DNA of 64,000 bases, taken from the NCBI RefSeq assembly GCF_006345805.1, contig NC_043013.1, positions 37,634,001-37,698,000 on the forward strand. Reading direction: 5' to 3'. The stretch is from Octopus sinensis. Its lineage: Eukaryota. Under the pieces are notes generated by a model. It had not been told where the DNA came from and did no database searches. It was given only the letters and a program-made list of their open reading frames with translations. The translations under genes were made by a program, and so were the position numbers. Below are positions 26,137 to 39,926 of this stretch, one piece after another (position 1 is the first letter of the stretch; the number at the start of each line of letters is the position of its first letter).

Positions 26137-26824
26137 TATTTGTATAATTTTTATTTTTATTATTATTACTTCTTTTATTAGTCGCAAGGGCAACGGTTAA
26201 TAATGATAATAGTAGTAATTATAATGATGATGATGATGTTAATAATAATAATGATGATGCTGATAGTAATAATAATAATATTGATAATAATAATATTAAT
26301 GAAGATGATCATGACGCTTTATTTTAATTATAATAATAATATAATATAATGCTGGTAAAAATGTAATGTAAAGATTGGTAGCAATAAAATTGATTATAAT
26401 AATATTAATAATGTCTCTAATAGTAATGATAAAAAAAAAAAAACAACATTAAGAAATCACAATAAAAGACATAGTGATGAAGATAACACACAAAGATGTT
26501 GCTTGAGCTGCTGCTACTGCAGCAGCTGCCCTGGCTCTTGATAATGATTTACCTTAATGACAGCACTGACGACGGTAATGATGATGATGATGATGATGAT
26601 GATCATGATGAGGATGATAACAGTAGTAGTAGTAGTAGTAGTAGTGGTAGTGGTAGTAGCAGCAGCAGCAGTAGTAGTAGAAGTGGTAGTAGTAGTAGTA
26701 GTAGTATTAGTAGTGGTATTAGTTGTAGTAGTAGTAGTAGTGGTAAAGTAGTAGTAGTAGCAGTAGTAGTAGTAGTAGTAGTTGTTTTTGTTGTTGTTGT
26801 TGTCTCAACAACGATAACAGCAGA

Positions 26825-26916
<92 letters not shown>

Positions 26917-27090
26917 TATTATTATTATTATTATTAAGTAGAAAGAGGAGGAGGAGGAGAAGAAGAAGAAGAAGAAGAAGAACGAAGAGAAGAAGAAGAA
27001 GAAGAAGAAGAAGAAGAAGAAGAAGGTTAATAATAATGGTGATGATGACAATTGTAGCAAAGAATTATATGTTGATGTCTTGTCTTCGTT
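24880..27090. repeat. 2.2 kb mosaic of trinucleotide repeats (GAT, AAT, ATT, ATC, TAG, GTT, AAG)
   Basis: Read directly. It produces the spurious poly-D/I/Y/S ORFs at 24896-27155. Confidence 0.9.
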
Positions 27091-27523
27091 CGCAGACATT
27101 ATCGTCTTCCTTTTTCTTTATCCGCAATATCCTTTCTGATAGAGATAACAATTGAGAGAATGATTAAGACTAAGTGATTAGCTCGGGTAGGTAGGAGGAA
27201 GATTGACATACATAGTGCTGCTATTAATGGGTAGGTGAGTTCAGGAGAACATTAATTCAAACTATTTGCATCACTTTTTCACCGCTCCACTTTGTTTTGT
27301 ATCTATTATTTTGTATTTTGCTTTGAGGTATTTGTTTTACGTTACACCGTACGATTTTCGTTTGCCTCCAGTCCCGTCCCATTTCGCTTCCAAACACGAA
27401 CGCAAGCGCTAGTTCGAGTCAAGCTTATCCCAACTCCCAACGTTATTACACCAATGGAACAGCCGTCGTACGTGCAAATATCTACAGTTTTACCAACACT
27501 AGTTTTACCAACTACACAGATAC

Positions 27524-27789
27524 ACCACTGTCATTCAGGCTCACTTAGTCGGGAGCATATACCACTGTCATTCAGGCTCACTTAGTCGGGAGCATATACC
27601 ACTGTCATTCAGGCTCACTTAGTCGGGAGCATATACCACTGTCATTCAGGCTCACTTAGTCGGGAGCATATACCACTGTCATTCAGGCTCACTTAGTCGG
27701 GAGCATATACCACTGTCATTCAGGCTCACTTAGTCGGGAGCATATACCACTGTCATTCAGGCTCACTTAGTCGGGAGCATATACCACTG
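27524..27789. repeat. Perfect minisatellite, 7 x 37 bp plus 7 bp
   Basis: Unit ACCACTGTCATTCAGGCTCACTTAGTCGGGAGCATAT starts at 27524, 27561, 27598, 27635, 27672, 27709 and 27746; partial unit at 27783. Confidence 0.95.
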
Positions 27790-27997
27790 GTTATGTTTCT
27801 TTTTTAAATACTTTATATATCCGCAAAATTTAGTCGACAAATGTAGGTGGAAATTAAAGTATGGATATGAAAAGGAGTAATGGAGAGCTAGAAGGAGATT
27901 CAGAGATCTATAGAATGAGAAAACACACAGACACATATACATACATATATAAACCACACAAACACACACATAAATACATACATATTTACATTTATAA

Positions 27998-28056
<59 letters not shown>

Positions 28057-28069
28057 TATATATAGATAT

Positions 28070-28230
28070 AGGGGTGGGGAGGTGGTAAGTAGCATGCTTG
28101 CCAACCACATGTTCCGGATTCAGTCCCACTGCGTGGCTCCTTGGGTAAGTGTCTTCTACTATAACTTCGGGCCGACCAAAGCCTTGTGAGTGAATTTGGT
28201 AGACGGTAACTGAAAGAATTTCGTCGTATA

Positions 28231-28277
<47 letters not shown>

Positions 28278-28440
28278 GTACATATGTGTGTGTGTCTGTC
28301 TGTTTTTGCCCCCCCCCCCCCCAGAATCGCTTGACAACCGATGCTGGTGTGTTTACGTCCCTGTAACCTAGTTGTTTTGCCTAAGAGATCGATAGAATTT
28401 GTTCGACTAAAGACTGAAACAGATAAAACAATAAAAGAAT
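28070..28440 (+). mobile_element. SINE, group B
   Basis: GGTAAGTAGCATGCTTGCC...GATTCAGTCCCACTGCGTGG..., internal (AT)n tract, tail. Confidence 0.75.
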
Positions 28441-29468
28441 ATAACAAATGATAAATGAAACTGGAGATAGATTTGGCATTAGTGTATATTCAGTACGACG
28501 ATCACTTCCGCTCCTCTTTCAACTGCCCTTTATGCGTAGGATTTTCTGCATCAAGGTGTTTTCCATCGATGTGTGGAGTTTGTGTCACATCAGGTACATT
28601 GGTAAAGAAAGGAATGTCCCGAAAGATATACTGGCTTGCAAAGAATAAGTCCTGGATTCGATTTCTTCGAATAAAACCCATTAAAGCAGTTTTCCAGCAT
28701 GGAGGCAGTCAAATAACTAAAAGTTATAAAAGAGTATATTTCTAGCGGAAATATTAACCCAACTGTGGATGACACCAGGTAGCCCTATCTGTGGTCGTGC
28801 TTTACTCAACACGCTAATTGACTTATACCCAGTATTGCCCACTCCTAAAAAAGACCTACACACACACATACACACACATTTATTATATATATATATATAT
28901 ATATGTTGTGTGCATGTGTGTGTGTGTATTTCACCCTATGAAGATCACACACGGTTGTTCGTAGAATATATTCAAGTATATAGCAATTATAAAGAATACA
29001 CTTATATAATTGTTTATGAATTTAAAGCTGATATGTGGTGCAGAAACACATGTTGTAATCTCCGATTTAAGCCCTATAAAGACGAATATCTTCTATCCTA
29101 CTTCTGTGTGTGTGATTGTACGAGAGAGTGTGTGTGTGTAAGAGAGAGCGAGGGGGGAAAGAGAGAGAGAGAGAGTAGAGATAATTTAGAAGGAGTGACA
29201 GTAGGTGTCGGAAAGGTGTACACATGAAGGGATACACTGTGTCATGTATATTTAAGCATGTGTGCGTATACCTACACATACTCAAACATACACAAATACA
29301 TACACACATATACATATGCTTATGCATGCATATATACACACACACAGATGTATATATATATATATATATGTATAATATATATGCATTATATATTATATTA
29401 TTATATATATATATATAATATACGTATGTATGTATATATATATATGTATGTATATATATATTATACAC

Positions 29469-29514
<46 letters not shown>

Positions 29515-29531
29515 GTTTATATATATATATA

Positions 29532-29631
29532 NNNNNNNNNNNNNNNNNNNNNNNNNNNNNNNNNNNNNNNNNNNNNNNNNNNNNNNNNNNNNNNNNNNNN
29601 NNNNNNNNNNNNNNNNNNNNNNNNNNNNNNN
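29532..29631. other. Assembly gap (100 N)
   Basis: Run of N following an (AT)n tract. Confidence 1.
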
Positions 29632-29905
29632 AGCAAATATAAAAGTATATTTGATATGAGAGACGTGAATTTTGTTTGTTTAAGCAGCAGCAGCTGAGGA
29701 AGGAGGCGAAGAAGAAGGAGGAGGAAGAAGAGGAAAAAGACGAGAGTGGTATGACAGTAATAGGATGCTGGTGGAATCCTCTTAAATTGTCAAGTGATCT
29801 AAAAATGGCCTGCTGTTTTTAGGATGTCAGTGGTTGGAATTGTTCTGTATATATTTATGGGCTGTGACTGTTCTGGATATATCGCTTTTAATATTTGCGT
29901 GGGTA

Positions 29906-31600
29906 TTATTCTAATGCCCTTGTAGTAGTATCATTTGTGGTGTACGCATTCAAAAGGGGTTTATATTTTGTGATAAAATATGACTCTTTGCTAATACACT
30001 GATTGTAGGTTGCATCGTCCATTAATTTATAGAGGGGAAAAATTCTGAAGTTAGGTTGGTCGTTAGTGGCATAAATGTCAATGTGTTCCCTGAATGCTAT
30101 TTTTCTGTATTCCCGAATTTTATCGGTGATATATGTAGAGTCATCCTTTGACGTAGAATGTTTTTTTGTTTGGCCAATGTATTGCCCTCGACACCCTGAG
30201 CAAATTAATACATACATTAGGTTTTCCGAAGCACATGTGAAGTTGGTTTTTCATTGTAAAACGTTGATCCTCTTTGAAAGAGAACTCCGATCCCTCGGTT
30301 AGGTTAATGCATATGCCTCATTTTAATGACGGATTCAGCGTTGTTGTCGATTTTACTTGAGTTTATATAAGGATACTTTTCATAGATTTGAGTTGTCTTT
30401 TGCTCTTTATGATGTTGTGCGTTTGGAGGATTAAGTTTATTCTGTGGTCCCTTTTTTAGTAGGGAAATGTTCTGGAGGATGGTGTCGAATGCTTCCTTGT
30501 TAAGGGGGTTGTGTGTAGAAATATATGGGAGGGCTTTTTGTTGTAAATCCTTCTTTAGTTTGAGATGTCTGACTTCGTGGATGTTGAGTTGTAGGGCACG
30601 TTGAAAGCCTATATCAATTAGTGATGGTGGGTAGGTCCTGCTGATGAGTATATCCTTTAGTTCATGTAGTCGTGTGTCCCTGGTGTTTGTATTAGACACT
30701 ATAGTACAAATCCTTTTTGCTAGGTTGAAGGAGATATTCATTCTATTGTGTCTGGGGTGGCATGAGTTGGACGGTAGATATTACTTGGAGTCCGCGGGCT
30801 CATAGTATGTATCTATTTTTATTTTGTTGTATTTCTTAATGAGGATGTCGAGGAAAAGAAGTTGTTGATGGATATATTCCATCGTGAATTGAATGTTTAC
30901 GCCAAATCCATTTATAAGTGCTTGGAATTCTTTAAGTTTCTCTATATTTTCATGTCAAAGAATGAAAGTCATCCAGATACTTCTTCCAGTCATTTTCTAT
31001 ATAGAGGGAGAATGAATGGATAGCCATATTTTTCTTGTACCTTGCGATAAAGACTGATTTCTAGATATCCCATGATTAGGTTAGCAAATGAGGGTGCCAT
31101 TGTCGTACCCATCGCACTCCTCGATTTTTTGCGATTAAAGTTGTCTTTGAAGACAAAGATGTTATTCTCCAAGATGAATTTTAGCCCTTCTATTACGAAT
31201 TCTTTTTGCTGTGGTGTGGGAGTTCATTGGAGTAATTCACTAGCCAGAATTGAATTACCTCTATTCTTACGTTGCGGGAGACATTAGAATACAGTTTGAC
31301 TACATCGAAGGACACTAGTAGAGTGTTTCTATTTACGTTTTGGGGGAGGTGATTGAGCATATCCAAATCGTTCCTTATATATCTTTTGATATGCTTGAGG
31401 AATGGTTTTAAGAGGGTATCTAAAAAGTTATTGCGGCGGTGGGTTTCACATGCGGAACCTGCTATTAGAGGTCTTAATTTGAGGATATTAGGAGTGGGGA
31501 CCTTGATTATTACATCTGTGGCTATCCTACATGCGTTACTTATTTTCTCTTCATTATATAGCAAAACCGTTGTACTACACTTTGACTAGTTTTCATATGC
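29906..31600 (-). pseudogene. Penelope-like retroelement ORF (RT plus GIY-YIG endonuclease), frameshifted
   Basis: KLRPLIAGS...SFDVVKLYSNV; AMGTTMAPSFANLIMGYLE; WKKYLDD (YLDD at 30968-30979); SCHPRH...AKRICTIVS...RTYP; YVLICSGCRGQYIGQT. These occur in the expected order across several frames. Confidence 0.9.
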
Positions 31601-31737
31601 TGGCATCTGAAACAGGTGTACATACGATAGCTTGATCAAAAGAACTGGCTATTGAAAGCAAAAAAAAATATTGAAAAAAACGCATTTGGCTAGAAAAGTA
31701 TATATGTATGTACGTGCACGTGTGGTATTTTGTATGT

Positions 31738-31826
<89 letters not shown>

Positions 31827-32297
31827 TACATGTATACATATACATATATATGGAGAGAGAGGAGAGAGAGAAGAGAAAGAGAGAGCGATATAGAAAAAAA
31901 GAGGCAGTCAGAATTTTGGATCATTTCTTTTATTAGAGCTTTCGTTCGTTTAACCGAAATTTTGAAGATGGTGATAGATGCTGAAACATCGTTTACTGGA
32001 ATCGAACATGGTCCGCGCCATACACCAGTTATCAGAGCTTAACCACTAAAGATACACACACGAACACGCACGCTCATACATACACACGATCACAGAAATA
32101 CTCGCATACATATAAACGGACATATATCGACGTATATGTATCTCCTACGCCCGTTCGAGTATGCGCATTTGTGTACACATTTCTACCACTAAATTTTGCA
32201 TATATATATATAGTACTTTAAGAGCACCTCATTATAAATATCTTTAATAATTAGTAATTGCAATATATATGTATATACATATGCTCTCTCTCTATCT

Positions 32298-32328
<31 letters not shown>

Positions 32329-33252
32329 CTTATATATATATATATATATTATATATGTATATATAATACCTACATACACGCAAGCACACACACACATACA
32401 TACATACATACATACATACATACATACATACATACATACATACATACATACAAATATATATATATGTATATATATATATTAGCAGATACCTATACACGCA
32501 TATATGAATGCAAGCATACATACATTCGTAAATACATAGTTGCACATAAATTCGAGCGCGTGTATATACTAGATATAGGTACATTGATCCGTCATAATCT
32601 TCTCTTGTATCACATATCATATTCCTATATACACCCAGTTATATTCATATACATATTTCATTATGGAAGAATGCATTGTTATAAACACATTAATACTAAG
32701 TGCAATTTTCTTTGTTAAAAACCATTCTGTATTAGCCTAAATGCATTTATCAATTGCAAATTTTCTTGTGATTAATAATGTATATATATATATATTTTTT
32801 TTTTCTGAATAATCTTACATTTCTCTTTAATTGATTCTATTTCATTTCTAGTGGAATTGTTCAGTTTGTCTTTCTAATGCGATGTGTCTGCTAACATTGA
32901 GTGAAGTTGGCAAAGTTGCAGACGTTTTTACAATGGAAGCATTAAGTGGGAACAAGACAGAGACTGGAAGAGACACTAATTTGCGATGACTGTGATGACA
33001 CAAACAAAAACGTGTGTGAATCCTTATTTATTATATGTGTCTGTGTGCGTATATGTGTATACATAAACTGTGTATATGTATGTGCGTATGTATGCATGTA
33101 TTTATGTATATATCTATATATATGTATATATACACACTCACACACACACACACACACACACACATGCATATACTTCGGTTAGGCATTGTGATACTTATAA
33201 TACGGTATAGAACTCAATATATATATCCTCCTGATATAAATAGTTATATACG

Positions 33253-33301
<49 letters not shown>

Positions 33302-33312
33302 ATATATATATA

Positions 33313-33709
33313 TTCTTTTATTCTTGTATTTGTTTCAGTCATTTGATAGCGGCCATGCTGGAGCACCGCCTTTAGTCAAACAAATGGACCTCAGGACTTA
33401 TTCTTTGTAAGCTTAGTACTTATTCTATCGATATCTTTTGCCGAAGCGCTATATTTCAAGGATGTAAACACACCACCGTCGGTTGTCAAGCGACTGTGGG
33501 GTGACAAGCACAGACACACACACAAAAATATACATATATGTAAATACGACGGGCTTCTTTAAGTTTCCGTCTACCAAATCCACTCACAAGGCTTTGGTCG
33601 GTCCGATGCTGTAGTAGAAGACACTTGCCCTAGTTTCCACGCAGTACAACTGAACACGGAACCACTTGGTTGGGAATTAGGCTTCTTGCCAAACAGCCAC
33701 GCCGCGCCT
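33313..33709 (-). mobile_element. SINE, group B, near full length
   Basis: Matches the group B consensus end to end. Confidence 0.8.
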
Positions 33710-33769
33710 ATCGTTTACATATAGTTATACGTATATAATAATTTATATACGTCTATAATAATTTATATA

Positions 33770-34595
33770 TGTTCGTGGAAGTTTATACGCACTCTTGTTC
33801 AATGTATTTCAATGTATTTACACAAAAGCAGGGGATAAACAGGTACGTCATTTTTTCTGTATAGTCTCTTTCCTTTTTGATGCACTTAATCGAGTGATCC
33901 ACAAGCTTTTGTATACCCTCCAAGAAGAATGGTTTCCGTTAGTCGTGCAACAATCTATGCATATCTTTCTTCACATCTTCATCCGTAGGCAATCAATTAC
34001 TTAGTAAGAGAGCTGGGCTGTAGTTAGGGCGTTCCAGCTCCACAAGACCTAATTGGTTAATGGTTTGAACGGTCTCGGCGACCGTATGGGGACATGCATT
34101 TTCATTGCAACAACAAAACTTTCTTCGACAATGGGGTTCAATGTTTTGTGCGAATTGCTGGCTTCAGTTTGTTGGCTTGTTAATCGTACCCCATTTTTCA
34201 AGGTAGGCTTCCAGTATAGGCCATTCTGAGTCCCCAAAATTGTGTTTAACATCACCTTTCCTGTGGAAGACTGAGTCAGGAATTTCTTCCCTGCTGGCGT
34301 GCCAGGATGTTTCCAATCCATAATCCGTCTTTTATATTCTCGTAATGAATTTCAGCATCTGACACAACTTCCGATCAGAGAAATCGGATCACTGCTCGTT
34401 GGTCTTCTTTGGTGTACATTGCTAGAGGAGCAACCATGCTTATACTGTAAAGTCAGAAAGAAAAATATGGCGCCATCAGGTTCAAACTTCGATCAAATGA
34501 CCACAGTAATACCAACTATAGGAGGGCAGTATGACAATAATAAAGATAAAAGATATGTTATGGTGAAAGTGCGGATGATTTTTACTTCCCTTACA
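33770..34595 (-). mobile_element. Degraded mariner element
   Basis: MDWKHPGTPAGKKFLTQSSTGKVML; LERPNYSPAL; FFLEGIQKLVDHSIKCIKKERDYTEK*. Decayed TIR-like ends. Confidence 0.7.
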
Positions 34596-34623
34596 TATAT
34601 ATATATATAATATATATAATATA

Positions 34624-34687
<64 letters not shown>

Positions 34688-34814
34688 ATATATACCACAA
34701 GAATTCTATATGTATATACATATGCGCATATTCACACTCGGAACCATATAGAGGTACAAACATTGCACTAATTATATGTATGTGTATGGTACACACATAC
34801 ATACATACATCCAT

Positions 34815-34849
<35 letters not shown>

Positions 34850-34855
<6 letters not shown>

Positions 34856-35148
34856 ACCGACCAGGCTATCAGATGTTGCTACACGTCGCTGGTCACAATG
34901 CGCTTCGCATTGTTTTAGCCTTCAAATGACGCCACCTTGCTGGCTAAGCGAGCAGGCCAACAGAAGAAAGAGTGAATGAAAGTTGCGGCAAAAGAGTACA
35001 GCAGGGATCGCCACCACCCCCTGTCGGAGCCTCGTGTAGCTTTAGGTGTTTTCGCTCAATAAACACTCACAACGCCCGGTCTGGGAATCGAAACCGCGAT
35101 CCTACGACCGCAAGTCCGCTGCCCTAACCAGTGGGTCATTGCGCCTCC
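34850..35148 (-). mobile_element. SINE, group A, tail type ii
   Basis: Near-identical to 17320-17619. Confidence 0.8.
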
Positions 35149-35163
35149 ACACACACAGACACA

Positions 35164-35200
<37 letters not shown>

Positions 35201-35222
35201 CACACACACACACACACACACA

Positions 35223-35261
<39 letters not shown>

Positions 35262-35622
35262 GTGAGGAAGAGAGAGACAATAAAAAAGGACAGAGATAGA
35301 GAGGGGACATATAAATAATCAATAAAAGTTGGATGAGATTGTGTGTTGTTACTCAAGCATTCAACTATCGCTGAACTGCATCCTTTAGTGGAAACAGCTG
35401 TAAGGCAATGAAGTTTATAAGATAATCGTTTATTCTTTAGTCTATTCTTATTACTGCTTGGTACCTGACTAAAGCTTCGTTAAGAAGCATATGGATATTA
35501 AGTTCAAGCCAGATTATTAGTATCACAATGTGAAGTGTAATATGTATATATATATATTTTCTATTATATATTTTTGACCCCTGTGGAATTTTCAGAACAT
35601 TTATTTATAAAGGAGAATTTAG

Positions 35623-35668
35623 TCTTACTGCTGTTTCAGGGATATTAGGCATATCCCTTCATCAGAGA
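35623..35668 (-). ncRNA. Minimal type I hammerhead ribozyme motif
   Basis: TCT-CTGATGA-AGGGATAT(GCCTA)ATATCCCT-GAAAC-AGCA-GTA-AGA. Perfect 8 bp stem II, intact core and GUA triplet, 3 bp stem I. Loop III AGCA is one base from palindromic AGCT. Confidence 0.7.
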
Positions 35669-36268
35669 TAATGTGGGATGGTTAAATAGAGGGAAATGGT
35701 AGATTTCAATATTATTTTGGGAAAATGGATGGAAATAAGAAGTATAAAAGGAAATTAAAGAATAAAAGTAAAATTAAAAATATATGTAGGATGCTATAGC
35801 TGTATTTCAATATATACACACACCCACATATATGCGTGTGACTTGTTTTTGTGAGGGTGTCTATGTATGTGTGTATATATGAATGTATGTATGCATATAT
35901 ATGCAAACATTTATATATATATACAAACATATACACACACATATATATATATATCTATATATATATAATATATATCTATATAATATATATATATATATTG
36001 GCTAACAGGTTTTTGGGATCTGGCGGTACATCATAAAGCTAAACCGTTAATGGAAAGGAAACCCAAGGCAATCCCATAAAACATTTATTGAAATCCAATC
36101 GCTATGGAGGAGAGTTGAGATATGTTTACTTAAAAAGAGTGAAGTGCAGAAATTACTAAGGATTACTAAGAAATTACTAACATGAGCGCAAGGTCAGAAA
36201 TGGTATTGACAAAAAAAGGGCGCATCATGATGGTGATCTATGTACGTATCAGTGTATATATATATATA

Positions 36269-36311
<43 letters not shown>

Positions 36312-36327
36312 ATATGTGTGTGTGGTT

Positions 36328-36365
<38 letters not shown>

Positions 36366-37604
36366 TATTGCTACTGTTGTATATTTCACTGCAGTGTTCC
36401 TATGCACAAATACGTACGAACTTAATACATACAAACAGACATACATATATGTATATTATAAATGTATATGCGTATAATTATTGTAATACAATATAATCCC
36501 TCATAGTCGAGGAACATGTTTTGAAGATGTTGCAGATTTCAAGATTTTCTCCAGAAACCTCAAGGAAACCCTTCAGTAAATGACAGTTTAGTTAACGCCC
36601 GACATAGCTGGAGAAATTCTCATGTGAACGCGTTACAAGGAGCGAGCTGAGTCACCATATTCTACACAAAAACACATTATACTTTCATCTTCAGACTCGA
36701 ACTCACGGTATTATCTATTCATCAATTCTTCCAATTCCCTCTCGCCTTTCGTCTCTACGAGCTTGCCCATACATACACAAATACATACACATACATACAT
36801 ACATACATACATACATACATACATACGTACATACATGCATACATACATACACACATGCATACATACATGCATACATACGTATATATACACATACATACCT
36901 TCTTACATAGACATATATGTACATATTCATGCATACTTGTGTGTATGTATGGTGGTATGTTTTTTTTTTTATCATTATCTTCCATAATAATTTTAGGGTA
37001 TTGAAATGATAGGGGTCACATCGAATTGCAAAGCCTGTCTTTAATCTTTTAATCCACCAGAATTCTTCAGGAAGAAAACTATTGTAAATAGAGAAAATAT
37101 CTGTTAAAGAGGATTTTTTTTCCAGTCACGAATTTGAACACCTATTTTTGGTGGGAGGTTCATTTGCAAGAAGAAGAAATCATAAGTAATTTGCCGGCGG
37201 CCTCTTAACTTTTGAACAAGCTTTAAGGCCCGCCCTGCTCTTTATCATCGCCAGCTTTATTTAAACACGACCATTAACAAAACAATACATTTACGCTTTT
37301 TAATATTAGAACTGCAATTCATTAATTCATGATTGAAATAGAAAACTAAAAAGAAAAACATTGTCAAATTTTTAAATCAATGATTTTTATCAAATGAGAA
37401 ATATGGGTCGTGTATTGTAATGTTCTTCTTAATTGTTGAAGTCTGAAATATTTTCCTATTGTATATTTAATATCTGTGCATGTATGTGCACATGTGTACT
37501 TTACTTTTTAAAATTTATACTTTTTAAATTTTAATTATACTCACATACACCCACACACATACATATGCATATACATACGTATACATATTCATATATATAC
37601 ATAA

Positions 37605-37648
<44 letters not shown>

Positions 37649-38286
37649 GGGCGTAAATGTATGTGTGTGTAACTCTAATACGTATTTACGGTTATTTAAA
37701 ACGAATATATTGATTTATTTATTAGTCATATTAGTCATGAGTTCATAAACTTATTGAAATTGGAAGGTGAGGAGGTCGTGTAATTTTCAGGCATGTAGTT
37801 GAATCCACTTCTCAGCGGCTTAAATGAAATAATATTGCTCGAATTATGAATCGAAATCGTTTTTTTTTCTCTCTCTCTCTCTCTCTCTCTTATTTTCTTT
37901 TTATTAATTGCTTAGCTAGCTGCTGATTAAAATTTTTCTCTTCAGAGTACAGCCTCGTGTCGTGCTGTATTGTTGCGTGTCTATTTTCATGCTTGGAAAA
38001 CAAAACCTGTTACAGAAGAAACTTGTATTTGCATAAGATGTGTCTAGTTTCAAATTATGCTGCTTGCATTAAATATAATTCTGGCATTGCGAGGTTTAAG
38101 GCTGATTCGGGGGGCTAAGTCTTCTCGAGTTCGATCCTACTGTATTGCAAAATGGGCAAGTACAATTAATGCAGCATCGAATTGATCTAAGATACCTAAG
38201 CGAATTTGGGCAGTAGGAAACTGTACAGAAGCCCTTCGTATTAACTGTAACTGCAATTTAAAGGTCCAGCATTTAATAATACAGAT

Positions 38287-38684
38287 TACTCTTTACTCTT
38301 TTACTTGTTTCAGTCAGTTGACTGTGGCCATGTTGGAGCACCGCCTTTAGTCGAGCAAATTGACACCAGGACTTATTCTTTGGAAGCCTAGTACTAATTC
38401 TATCAGTCTCTTTTGCCGAACCGCTAAGTTGCGTGGACGTAAAAACACCAGCATCGGTTGTCATGCGATGTTGGGGGGACAAACATAGACACACAAACAC
38501 ACACAAATATATACATATATACGACGGGCTTCTTTCAGTTTCCGGCTACCAAATCCACTCACAAGGCTTTGGTAGGCCCGAGGCTATAGTAGAAGACACT
38601 TGCCCAAGGTGCCACGCAGTGGGACAGAACCCGGAACCATGTGGTTGATAAGCAAGCTACTTACCATACAGCCACTCCTACGCC
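38287..38684 (-). mobile_element. SINE, group B, full length
   Basis: Head through (CTTTTA)n tail present. Confidence 0.85.
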
Positions 38685-38685
38685 T

Positions 38686-38791
38686 TGAAATGTCAATTAT
38701 TCTAATTTTATAAATTGATTATTGGGGTCTGTGGTTGTTGATTTTTATAGTTAGCTGCATTCAGGTTATTAATTTAATATTTGATGTTTTC

Positions 38792-38795
<4 letters not shown>
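38686..38795 (+). repeat. Unclassified ~110 bp dispersed repeat, second copy at ~44203-44315
   Basis: TGAAATGTCAATT...TTGGGG-CTGTGGTTGTTGATTTTTATA-TTAGCTGCA-TCAGGTTATT at both sites. Confidence 0.7.
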
Positions 38796-38835
<40 letters not shown>

Positions 38836-39074
38836 ATCACACTCTCACGTCGATGTATATTCGAGCATAATGTTAAGGGGATTTCGATTTGGAGCACGGA
38901 ACTATTTGACGAGCTAATACCTAGAATAGGTTATAAGCTTTTATATCGAAGAAGTATCTGTCTATGACGTGCGTTTATCCAGGTAGCCTCCACTACAAAA
39001 TTATCAATAAATGATATCAATCTGCAATCCAATGAAACTCATTCTAGTATTACTTTCAAAGTTTGGCACAAGGC

Positions 39075-39250
39075 CAGCAATTTCGAGGAGTTAAGTCGAT
39101 TATATCGACCACAGTGTTCAACTGGTTCTTCTTTTATCGACCACCAAAGGATGAAAGGCAAAGTCGACCTCGGCAGAATTTGAACTGAGAACAAAGAATC
39201 GGCAGAAATGCTGCTAAGTACTTTCCCCGGTGTGCTAACATTTCTCCAAA
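39075..39250 (-). mobile_element. SINE group C, single body
   Basis: GGATGAAAGGCAAAGTCGACCTCGGCAGAATTTGAACT. Confidence 0.7.
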
Positions 39251-39397
39251 CCAATCGCCTATTATTTATAGGAGGAATGAACTCATGCTTTGAGGCAGAT
39301 CGAAGAAAGAACATCTCTGCAGAAATGGTGCTGTTATTAGAAATAGCAGACGAGATATGGAGGTATATAATTGTTGATAACATTATGTCTCAATAAA

Positions 39398-39926
39398 GGC
39401 AGCGAGCTGGCAGAGACGTTAGCACGCCGGACGAAATGCTTAGCGGTATTTCATCTGCCGTTACATTCTGATTTCAAATTCTGCCGAGATCGACTTTGCC
39501 TTTCATCTTTTCCGGGTCGATAAATTAAGTACCAGTTACGCACTGGGGTCGATGTAATCGACTTAATACCTATGTCTGTCCTTGTTTGTCCCCTCTGTGT
39601 TTAGCCCCTTGTGGGTAATAAAGAAATAGGTATTTCATCTGCCGTTACATTCTGAGTTCAAATTCTGCCGAGGTCGACTTTGCCTTTCATCTTTTCCGGG
39701 TCGATTAAATAAATACCAGTTACGCACTGGGTCGACATAATCGACTTAATCCGTTTGTCTGTCCTTGTTTGTCCCCTCTGTGTGTAGCCCCTTGTGGACA
39801 GTAAAAGAAATAGGTATTTCGTCTGCCGCTACGTTCAGAGTTCAAATTCCATTAAGGTCGACTTTGCTTTTCATCCTTTCGGGGTCGATTAAAGAAGTAC
39901 CAGTTACGTACTGAGTAGAGAAGTAT
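39398..39926 (+). mobile_element. Group C SINE with one head and ~2.6 tandem bodies, 16 bp TSD
   Basis: TSD ATTATGTCTCAATAAA at 39382-39397 and 39927-39942. Bodies are joined by AAAGAAATAG|GTATTTC. Confidence 0.85.

Noticed and set aside
27524-27789. CRISPR-like 37 bp repeats
   Set aside because: The units are contiguous with no spacers, there are no cas genes, and the context is eukaryotic.
28494-28593. 100 nt Cys-rich candidate exon (YDDHFRSSFNCPLCVG...)
   Set aside because: Weak splice sites, two open frames, sandwiched between SINE fragments, no recognisable domain.
31595-32000. Hammerhead remnants at the Penelope 5' side (GAAACAGGTGTA; TTGAAGA...GAAAC)
   Set aside because: They are on the strand opposite the ORF and lack a matching first core strand or paired stems.
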